Shown here: in pieces, positions 14,364 through 25,034 of the stretch | Layout: every line of letters begins with the position of its first letter | How positions within the stretch are numbered: position 1 is the first letter of the stretch | Assembly (NCBI RefSeq): GCF_030144855.1 | Contig: NC_082711.1 | Location: 77,314,001-77,378,000 of the forward strand | Reading direction: 5' to 3' | DNA length: 64,000 bases | Source of the DNA: Hypanus sabinus | Taxonomy: Eukaryota | The notes under the pieces: model-generated | What the model was told of the DNA's origin: nothing | The model's input: the letters and a program-made list of their open reading frames with translations, nothing else | The model's database searches: none | Program-made: the position numbers and the translations under genes

Positions 14364-15156
14364 ATGTCTCTTCTTCTATATTCATGCCATTTATTTTCCT
14401 TTAAATGTTTAGTTAATTCTTTTTTGAACACATATTTAACCAGCTTCCACTACACTCTCCAGCACATCATAACCACTCTCTCCATTAACAAGTGTCTCTT
14501 CAATTCACAGTTGATACTTTTGTCATTCCCTGAAACAAGACTCCTATAGTTTTGGTCCTTCTACCAGAGGAAACAATTTATCTTTAGTCACTTATTCCAG
14601 TCTCTTTATGATTTTGACTTTCACTATTAAATCTTCTCTCAAATGTCTTCCCTCCAAGAATGCACAATCAGCCAATGGCCCAGTGAAACCATCCTATTGA
14701 TGAAAATGGATACAGCATACCAACAAGTCACAGCATCCTGCCAACATGCTGTTCTTTGTTATGTAAAGCTGCAGCTGCATTTGATTGAACACAATACTCC
14801 ATTATAGACTGAACCAAGCAGTTCAGCAAACAGTCCTTTTTCTACTGTGGGCTAAAATTCCATACCAATTTTTTAAAACAGGTTCTCAACCCATGTTGTT
14901 AGTTAAAAAATGTTCGGGCCTCTCTGAATCTTGTATATTTCTACAAGTTTACCTCTCATAGGACTAACCCACTCAGTCATCCCCAACAGGACAACCCTTC
15001 ATTCCATGAATCAAACCAATGAATGCTCTCACTACAAATATATCTCTCCTCAAACAAACGTTTGCAATACACCAGGTTTGGTCCATGTATGAGGTTATTT
15101 TAAGATAAGTGAATAGAATGATTCTGGAATTGTTTCCCCACTCAGTCTAAACTTAC

Positions 15157-15243
15157 ACAGCTTTACTCTCTGTGCACTGCAGATGGAGATATTACAGGTT
15201 GCCCAAGGTAAATGCTGAGCATCTATCAGACCCGGTTCATATT
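15157..15243 (-). CDS. Candidate upstream exon of the same gene (xYEPGLIDAQHLPWATCNISICSAQRVKL+), phase 1-1
   Basis: ctgctttcaccag| acceptor, T|gtaagt donor, 87 nt open, phase compatible with the 12395 exon; no homology recognised. Confidence 0.3.
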
Positions 15244-17249
15244 CTGGTGAAAGCAGCATCTATTCCACTGTTACTTCATCTTTTCAATGCTCTTTTTGCT
15301 CATCTCTCACCTGTTACTTCATTCTCCATTAGTTCAGAACTTGCTCTTCTGCACTGTCTCTTGAGTTCTCAGAATTAATATGTTAGGTCAATCAGATTGC
15401 CTATCATTATCTTGAAACATTATCATAGGTTGCCTCTGGACAAATACTGCTCGATCTGCTGAGTACCTCCAGCACTTCCTATTTTATTGCAGAACTCCAA
15501 GTGCCCAGGTTCATCTCAAAGTTCAAAGTATAAAGTAAATTTATTATCCCAGTACATATACTGTATGTCACCCTGAGATTGATTTTCTTGCGGGCATATT
15601 CAATAAATCCAATAACCATAATAAAATCAGTGGAAGACCACACCCAGCAGGGCAGACAAACAACCAGAATGCAAAAGACAGCAAACTGTGTCAATACAAA
15701 AGAAAAATAAAAGTACTAAATAAATCAGCAATAAATATTACAAACATAACATGAAGAGTTCATGGGTTCATGGGTTGTGGGAACAGTTCAGTGATGGGGT
15801 GAGTGAAGTTATCTCCTCCAGTTTAAGAGCCTGAGGGTTGACGGGTAGTAACAGTTCCTGAACCTTGTGCTCCAGTACCTTCTACCTGATGGCAGCAGCA
15901 AGAAGAGGTCATGACCTTGCTGGTGGGAGTCCTTGGTAATGGGTACTGCTATTAAGATGTATTTATTGTTAACACATAGACATTGTATTCTCAGTTTTTG
16001 GTTATTAAAACAGTTATTTTAGCTGTTTAGATGGCCTCATTAACCTGTGTTTATACTTTAAGAGAAGTGTGCATTTGAACCTCGGGGTTGTTTTGCCAAG
16101 GCACATATTCTAGCGTTCGTCCACGGACTGTATTCACAGTTTTCCTACCCCTTCCCAAAAGAAATCACTCCGCACCAGACTATATTAAAACTATTTAGGC
16201 TGTTCTTTTTATTAACAAGCCAAAATCAAATCAAACCTTTCACAATCAACCTTTTTGCAAATCCTATATTGATATTTTTATCTAATATATACAAAAAGTG
16301 TTCCTTAGCACAAAGAGATCCAGTACTAATCCCTGCAATTTTTGCTTCTCTTCTATTCTTGGCAGAAACTCTTGATCTTAACTGTTTAGTTCCTGTCATT
16401 CAACCAATTTTCCACGCATACTACTGTTTGACCCTGCATCAACATTAGTGTTTTGAAATATACAATTTAAGTCTTTACAGGACTGCACTGGACTAACTAC
16501 AAGTAAGGCAGGTCTACTGCATCAGTGAGCTGTTCATTGTTCAGGGTATCGTAGGAGCCAGCCAGCCAGCCATCACACCACGATGGAGGTTGGTTCACTG
16601 GGCCATAGGAGGAGCCAGATTAGGTTTGGAGGAGCTGACCTAGGTGCAGGCCTTGCTGCTGCCTGCTACTTGAAGGTACCGGATTTGGTCCACGAAGGTA
16701 GTGTGCAGAGAAACCGTGAGCGACTGTCCTGGATATTCCTTGTGCAATCGCAAGACCCGGTTGGCCATTGATTGCCACAGGCCTGTTTCCCCTGTTTGGT
16801 GGTGAGGCAGGGGGCAAGGCAGCAGTGTTGCCTTTGTTGTAGTGAGGACTAGGCCTCAAACCACGAGCTTGCTTGCTACTGCGGTCGAGGTAAGGAGGAG
16901 ACTCTGGAAGTGGTGTAGGGTAGTGTCCATGCTAGGTAGGAGGTAGCCGCTCCTGTCAGTGCTGCCCTCCAGTGTTAGATTGGCAGCATTACAGGCTGGA
17001 CCCCCAGGAACCATCAATTTACGGGACTTGTCGCTCAGGGTCTTGGACTGAAATTGTGTTTTCTTGCGTGACTATGTTTTTTATTTCTCTCTCATTTTTT
17101 AAATGCACATTTATCTTTTTGTACCTTGGTCCCAAAGGAATGTTGTCTCGTTCCAGTGTATCCATGTACGGTTTAAATAATAACTAAACTTGATTTGATT
17201 TGATCCTTTAAAAAACATTATTGAACTTCTTCAATTAACCTAGTCAGGA

Positions 17250-17735
17250 CATTCTACAGGGGCACAATTGGGAGTATCCTGACTGGCTGTGTCAGCGCCT
17301 GGTATGGGAACTGTACTACCCTCAATCGCAGGGCATTGCAGAGAGTGGCATGGATAGCCCAGCACATCTGTGGATGTGAAATCGCCTTTACAGCAGCGGG
17401 TGTGTAAAAAGGGCCCGGAGGGTCATCAGGGACTCCAGCCACCCCAACCACAAAGTGTTTCAGCAGCTTTCATCTGGCAAACGGTACCACAGCATTAAGG
17501 CCAGGACCAACAGGCTCCGGGGACACCAAGCCACCAAATTTATCAATACACATTGTTCCGATTGCATTGTGTCTGACTGTACATGCATGTATACAATCTT
17601 AGTGTCTGGGCAATATCCTCCCACATCTCTCTTCCTTACTGCTTGTACATAGTGACGGAGACAAAACATAAGAGATTTTTACTCCGTCATGTTGTGAGAT
17701 GGATGTAAGAAATAAAATTCTAATTCTAATTCTAA
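17250..17735 (+). mobile_element. Rex-Babar LINE 3' fragment with (TCTAAT)n tail
   Basis: LSSGKRYHSIKARTNRLR; AATAAA plus tandem tail at ~17710-17735. Confidence 0.85.
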
Positions 17736-18192
17736 TGATGTCATCCTAGTTGGGCCCACATGTAATAGCTCCTAATGATTATACAGTGAGCCGACAACTA
17801 TGATCAAACCAGTGCCCATCCTTATTTACTGGCATCCTGAGACACCCTGCTTATTGTTCAAAGATGGATACAATTCTTCACATATTTCTGTCTTGGTTTG
17901 AAAACACAAGAATTGAACTACTGAAACAGAAGTACCTTTTTTGGAATTTTGAAATAATCTTTACTGTAGCAAAGATAGTTCTGATTTTTTTCTAAATCGC
18001 CTAATTGACAATAATTTTTGCATAAATAACCAAATTAACTGGCTATTAATGCATTCTATTAAAAACATTTTGGTATAATTTCTTTGATTTAGTTTATTTA
18101 CATATTCAATTAGATCAAGTGAAGCAGTTTGCCATGAGTGTGTCAGTTCAATTCGATCCAGTATCTCAACTGATTAGAATAAATATCTTCTC

Positions 18193-18710
18193 TACAATCA
18201 GAGGGCATTTTATTAGGTATCTGTGTGTGTGTGTTCATGGTCTTCTGCTGCTGTAACCCACTCTCTTCAAGATTTGACTTGTTTTGCATTCAGAGATGCT
18301 CTTCAGCACAACACTGTTGTAACATGTAGTTATTTGAGTTACTGTTGTCTTGCTGTCAGCCTGAACCAGCCTGGCCATTCTCCTCTGATCCCTCTCATTA
18401 ACAAGGAGTTTTCACCCACAGAACTGCTGCTCACTAGATTTTTTTTTATTGATCACACCATTCTCTGTAAACTCCAGAGACTTCTGTGCATGAAAATCAC
18501 AGGAGGACAGCAGTTTATGAGATGCTAGAACTACACCATCTTGGCACTTACAATAATTCCATGGTCAAAGTCATTTAGATCACATTTCCTCCCATTCTGA
18601 TGTTTGGTCTGAACAACAACTGAAACTCTTGACTATGTCTGCATGCTTTCATGCTTTGAGTTGCTGCCACATGATTGGCCGATTAGATAGCTGCCTAAAT
18701 GTACAAATGT
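18193..18710 (-). mobile_element. Internally deleted Tc1-family DNA transposon (HTH region only)
   Basis: Antisense peptides CDLNDFDHGIIVSA..., QRRMARLVQADSKTTVTQITT...KSISE...GYSSRRP; TIR-like ..TTTATTAGGTA at the left end. Confidence 0.8.
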
Positions 18711-19344
18711 ATATTCACATCCAATGTATTCCTCAAATCCTCTTAATAAATCACATTTATCCAGTTTAACTTGCTTTTAGGCACCTCTGTGCCAGCTGCT
18801 CTGGTTAAACGAAATATTTCATGGGGAATAAAGTAAAACTCTTCTTACAGTGAGCAAAATAAAATAAAAGCAACATGCTTTTATCACTTATTGCAGAGAA
18901 AAACTATTAAAAAGTTATCTTACTGGCCAGAAAATTACTGCCCATTCATAACAGAAAGAACAGATATGACTAAATATTTTATATGCCAGAAACAAGAATG
19001 TGTTGTGAGTACTTATCAATAGTGGATAACTTTTAAATTTATAGGAGTCCCCACGGCAATTCTGAAATCTTAGCGCAAACCCCAGATTACAGGAAGAATG
19101 ATTGTACTACAATGAAAGTAAAATCCTCATCAAAAGAGCAGTGCATCTTCAAAAGTACAGGGACCCCCTGATTCATGAAAATCTGACATGCAAATTTACC
19201 CCAACATTTTTAAAGCGCTATTCAAGAATTTAATGATAATATAATGCTTCATAGCAGATGTTAATGACTGGATATGGTATGTGTTCCATTGCTTTAATTA
19301 CGGCTAGACCTTGGGCTCTATCAAAGAAATGAAAGAATTATAGC

Positions 19345-19850
19345 ACATGTCCATTAATCTGCCAAAGTTGCCGTGCAAGTTGATAAGGTGGTTAAGGTGT
19401 AAGGTGTGTTGGCCTTCATTAGTTGGAGTAATGTTGCAGCTCTACAAAACTCTGATTAGACCACACTTGGAATATTTGTATTCTGTTCTGGCTGCCTCAT
19501 TAAAGGAAGGATGTAGAAGCTTTAGAAACAGTACAAAGGAGATTTACCGGGATGCTGCCTGGATTAGAAAACGAGTCTTACATGGAAAGGTGGAGCAAAC
19601 TAGAGCTTTCCTCTTCGGAGAGAAGGATGCAAGGTGACAGGGGTAGTGATTTTTTTACACAGAGTGTAAGTGCATGGAGCACGCTTTCAAGGTTGCAGGC
19701 ACAGGCAGATGCATTAGGGAGATTTAAGAGGCTCTTGTACAGGCATATGCATGAAAGAAAATTGGAGGGCTGTGTGCAAGGGAAGGGTTAGACTGGTCTC
19801 GGAGGAAGTTCATTATAGGCTGAAGGGTCCGTGTGGTGCTGTGCTGTTCT
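19345..19850 (+). mobile_element. CR1 3' fragment
   Basis: LYKTLIRPHLEY, MLPGLE..SY.ER. Confidence 0.8.
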
Positions 19851-20399
19851 CTGTAACACATCACAATATTCATAGCTCCATCAGTGGTCAGCTAGGACTT
19901 AAGCTTTAACACTCCCCTTCTGCATCTTTATGTCTCTTCTACCTCAAGTTACCCTTAAAGTTCCCTCTCCACCCTAATATTCAAAGGGTCCATGACAAAC
20001 TCTGTCTGATCGTTTATTAAGTGCCTTGGAACATTACTCTACATTGAATAAGCCAATAAATGTATTATATCGACTAATTTTCATATAAAATGAAATCGGT
20101 TTCACAATAATAGACATTATGTAATGAATGCTATAGCATAATATTGAGAATCGAAACATTCAGCTTAAAACAGCATACTTAAAAAGTGCAACAAAAAGTG
20201 GAACAAACATTTTCCGAAATGTTGCTCTGTTGAATTTTACCCATGTTGGAACTGTTTCCAAGTATAATCAATGATCTGCAGCTGCATCTTTACATAAGAA
20301 AGAGCAACATGTGGACAGGATGCAACCTCTTCACAAATTGTCGGCATTTACATCAGTAAGAAGTTTAATGAGAACATCATCGGAGAAAGGATTTACTTT

Positions 20400-22450
20400 T
20401 AGCGAGCCATTCAGCGCTTCTGTAGCGACCTCCATAAGTATTTCACATTCCTTTACTAATCCGGTGATAATAAATAAACTATTTTAAATTCCAAAGGGTT
20501 TACATTCTATTGAAACCCAAAATGTGATTCTACAGAACAAACTCACCGCCCCGTTGCTGCCAGGACCTTGGCCAAGTGCGCGTGCGTACGCATTCTCTAG
20601 AGTCACAGTTGTTAGCACTCACGTATGTCATGAAATTTGTTGTACGACATACATGTGTGAAATTGGCCCGTTGATTTAACCTGAGAATACCATATTATCA
20701 AACCTTAAAAAAAAACCCGACTAGTAGGCGTCCACTGAATGCGGTCTCAGCAGCATTAGAAACTCGGCATGCTCTTTATTTCGATCTGGGTGCTCGGCCA
20801 ATTTCGTGAGTTAAGAGACGCTTTTAAAACGCTATAAGGTTCGCTAAAAAAAAGGACTCTTAATGAGAAACTCATTGCTGAGGTAAAAGTAGACACTATG
20901 CCAATGACATTGAAACTTATGTATTACTTTGGACCGACTTGATCAGTTTCAGACCAGAGAAAATCTGTAGATGCTGGAAATCTAGGCAACACACACAAAG
21001 TGCTGGAGGAACTCAGCAGGCCAGGCAGCATCTATGGAAAAGAGTACAGTCGACGTTTCGGGCCAAGACCCTTCAGGGTCGACTGCATTCTTTTCCATAG
21101 ATGCTGCCTGGCCTGCTGAGCTCCTCCACCATTTTGTGTGTGTTAACCAATTTCAGGCGGATTGTGCTGAGTAAACATTCGACGCCGTGGTGTCAAGCGG
21201 TGTAGTAAATGGCTGTTGCATTAGATTCTTTTGTTTGTTGATAAACTCTGTGCGGAGTTTTCAATAATTGGTCCGTTTTTTTACCAAGAAAAATAACAGG
21301 ACGGAGACCATTAATGAACTACTGCAGTTTCTCTGCTTTGACATAGAATTTGCATTTCTTCCATTTATTTTTCTCTTAACACCATCGACAGACTGATGGA
21401 AGGGCTTTCTGATGGACAACTTTCTGTTGTCACTTGATAAAATGCAATACAATCTCCCGCGCCTCATCTTTTAAGATCATTCTTTCAAAAGATCATCAAA
21501 ATGCGATCTTACTATTACATATAGAAGGCATCTGCAACTGTATTTATAAGCAGCGGCAAACTAGGAATAAATAGAAATGAAAATTATGTTCTTGAAAAAA
21601 ATCTGCAAGTGCTGCAAATCTGAAATGAAAACAGAAAATGTTGTAAACGTGTAACAGGCCAGGCAGCGTCTGAACGAAGAGATATCGTTAACTTTTCCAG
21701 CTTCAAGACCAGATGGCGGTGACTTGCCGAGTGTTTTAAGCAAGTTTATGTCCTCGGATTTTCGTCAAATGTTTTCACTATACTGGTTTATAACAGAAGT
21801 AGTTTCTGTCGCAATACTAATTGTTAAGCGCTACCACTTTAACCCTAAAATTGCTCATCCTTGAATGTGTTTTAATAACACGCAAGAATCCTTGTAAATA
21901 AGTTAATAATTTACTGCAATGACATTTTTACAACCGTTTTGCTTCGAGTGGATTATTACAGTGCGACAGCTCCTTCATCTGTCACTACGGAGCTTTTCAA
22001 CTTCGCTTTCTGCATACCGCGGAGCTTGCCGTCCTTTGATCAAGACCAAACCTGCGACGGCATTTCAACAACCTGTACACTCGCGGGAAGGAAATCACGA
22101 ATTCCCCCGTTAAGCAGAAAATGATGCGCAGTTCTCACAAACCTCAGACTGCCACTCAGAAAGTTGGAAGTATCAGATTTACCATTCTTGGGACCAAAGC
22201 CAGAGGTCCCGATAGACGTCGCAAGAAGAATACAAGCAGCGAACAGCCAGCATTCCATCTTAAAGAGGCACTTTCAAAGAGATCACATCCTGCACGGTCC
22301 TTTCTGCTTCACCCCGAACCTAGGAACATTCCTGCACCTGTTGCTCACGACGTCAGGGAATGGGCGGTACCCCTGCTGGCCAGGATTCCTCTCGGTCAGA
22401 AAACCCGTCGGCTCCTCATGAAACGTAATGTGAAAACTGTACCCTCTCAC
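20400..22450. promoter_or_regulatory. Second CpG-enriched region with a probable minus-strand first exon ending at 20547 (GGCG|GTGAGT) and an NRF1-like GCGCGTGCG motif at ~20578-20586
   Basis: CpG density well above background; consensus donor; no TE similarity at 20520-20880. Confidence 0.6.
20988..21144. repeat. Fold-back palindrome of the PLE terminal repeat (67-bp arms, 23-nt spacer)
   Basis: 20988-21054 is the near-perfect reverse complement of 21078-21144. Confidence 0.9.
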
Positions 22451-22480
22451 CAACAATCCGTTTCACAGTGACATACTGAA
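21920..22480 (+). mobile_element. Highly diverged RTE-like LINE RT C-terminal remnant
   Basis: Frame-shifted peptides AYR..LIKTK..FQQP, LEVSDLPFLG, DVARRIQAANS..ILKR, IPAPVAHDVREW resemble the RTE RT C-terminus in order. Confidence 0.45.
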
Positions 22481-23169
22481 CTAGATGTTTACACCCATTA
22501 TTGCAGAGATTTCATATGAATCTATGATGTTTCCAATCCAATTTCTGGGATGGTCTGCCCTAAAGTAGCATATTGATGTGGTGTGTCAGTCATTAAGAAA
22601 GTAAATGATTTCTCTGTCATAATTTTTATTTTTCTATACCGGTAATTCCCAGCAGAGAAGCGCTGCCACCCTTTCCGTGTTCAGTAAATAACATGAAAGT
22701 AACAGTAGACAATGGAAATATACCTTCTCTGAGAAACATACTTTTTCTGAATACTGTCAGTGAAATGGTGCAGTATCAATAACTTGGGAGCTTTGCTTTG
22801 TTTTACATCTTGTGTGGAATTTTCTACCTGTCAATTTCAATCCAAGCCCCAGTCTTCAACAGTTTTTGATGCGCTCTATAAATTAATACAGTCATGACCT
22901 TTTTGAGAGACAGATCTCTTGTGATTTATCTCCAAGTTATAGAACAGGATTCACAATACTATCCAAAGGAATCAAATGTATTTTTATCATTAGTTTAATA
23001 TCTACATAGCAATTCCTCAGTGAGGTAGTTCTTGGCTTCAGTCCAATGTGTTTTTCTTGCTCTTTCATTACCTGGGTGGACCTTATCAAAAGATATATCA
23101 TGACATTTGTTGTTTTGTGTCAGACCTAAAACTTACTATAAGTTATCAAAAAAAGCAAATGGTATGTAA

Positions 23170-23810
23170 GAGGAATAGTGGGGTGGGTACGTTGGGTTCA
23201 GAGACCTTTCAGAAATCTGATGGTAGAGGGGAAAGAGCTATTCCTAAAATATTGAGTGTGGGTCTTCAGGCTCCTGCACCTCCTCCCTAAAGGTAATAAC
23301 GAGAAGGCATGCCCCAGATGGCAAGGGCCCTCAATCACAAATGCTACCTTCCTGAGGCACTGTCTTTTTAAGATATCCTCAGAGGAAAGGAGTGTTGTGC
23401 CCTGATGGAGCTGGATGACTCTATAACACTCCGCAGCCTCTTTTGATCTCCACATTGCAGATTCAACACCAGGTGATGCTGCAATGGTCAGAATCTGTAG
23501 AAATTTGCATATTTGGTAACTCAAATTTCTAATGAAGTAGAACTGAGGGTACGTTTTCTTCATGATTGGGCCTAAGATAGATCCTTTGAGATGTTGATGC
23601 CCAGGAACTTAAAGGTCTTTACCCTATCCACTGCTGGCTCCTCAATGAAGTCTGTTGTGTATTCCAACTTCTTCCTGAAGTCAACAATAAAATCCTTGGT
23701 CATGCTGACATTAAATGCAAGGTTATAGTTGCAAACAACCAATTTATCTCACCCCAGTACACCTTCTCATCACCATCTGAGATTCTGCCAACAACAGTGG
23801 CACAAATCCT
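23170..23810 (-). mobile_element. Rex-Babar LINE 3' fragment
   Basis: HLGHAFSLLPLGRRCRSLKTHTQYFRNSSFPSTIRFL. Confidence 0.85.
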
Positions 23811-25034
23811 TGAGGTCCAGAACCTAATAGGAAATCCCTCAGGGTTTATTATAGCTGTAATATTAGTTAAAACTTGTGTTAGCTTTAGTTGAAGATCTGC
23901 TGAATGACGATTCTGTTTTGAACACTGACAAGCAAATTCTGTTCCTTTAATTGTAACTCAATATTTTTACATAAGTGGGGAAAAAATAACATAGTTTCAT
24001 TCTTCCCATATTTCCATAAACTCATTTTCAAATTCCACAGTGAAACATGAAGCAATAGACACATGAAATAACAATTCAAAATTAAACATTTGCCTTTATC
24101 AATGCAGATTTAGCAGCAGTGGGAAGTTCAGTATTCTCTAAGATATATCAGTCCACTTGATTTCCATTTATCCCTATAGTACCTCCCAAAATTGTTACCT
24201 CCACCATTTCAACTGGAAAAGTAGGCAAGTGCATGGAAACATCAACAACTTACAGGATCCCCTGTCTGTTTTCTATCATCTTATTTAAACATACATTATC
24301 ATTCCTTCATTCATACAAGGTCAAAATCTGGCAGTTCCCTCTTAACAAAAATCATGGAAGGAGCTTAATAACTGCAGTAGTTCAACAACACTGCAAGTCT
24401 GAATACTACCTTTCCAGCTTTAGACTCCCATCCATCTAAAACACATTCTTGTTTAAAATCAGCTCTTTTGGTTCTCACATACTGATTACATGAACTGCAT
24501 GACATGTAAGAGTTTGTCTAACAAACATGGCTACTAACATTTTCTGGGTTTGTCAGATGATACGGGTATATTGATATTGATTGGGTGATACCTGATCTTT
24601 ATATACAATCTGAAGCTGGGAAACTGGTGCCAATCTTTTCTCCCAGACTAACATTCGCAATATTGAACCCCATTTCACCACATCGGTCAGGCCACATAGT
24701 TCTCAGTCTTGACACCAAACTGCTGAAACAGGTACTGTATTCCAGGCAGCACACACAAAGTGCTGGAGGAACACAGCAGGCCAGGCAGCATCTATGGAAA
24801 AGAGTACAGTTCACGTTTTGGGCCGAGATCCTTCGGCACGACTGGAGAACAAAAGATGAGGAGTAGTGTTAAAAAGTATGTGCTAGCCTCTGTCATGTGA
24901 AGAGATTACCATTGACAGAGGAAAACATTTAAGAATTTGTTCACATCCTCCTTAAAGAATTCTAACTTCCCCACTGACCTCTGAAAATCTCTGGACCATG
25001 ACCACTGGAGAGCGAGGATTCACAATGGTATTAA

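Noticed and set aside
20241-20435. Short minus-strand exon candidates MEVATEALNGSLK and IIDYTWKQFQH
   Set aside because: Weak donors, no homology, and phases do not connect to the WSC-like exon.
22121-22471. 116-aa basic ORF as a novel intronless gene
   Set aside because: No recognisable domain; neighbouring frames look like a frameshifted RTE remnant.
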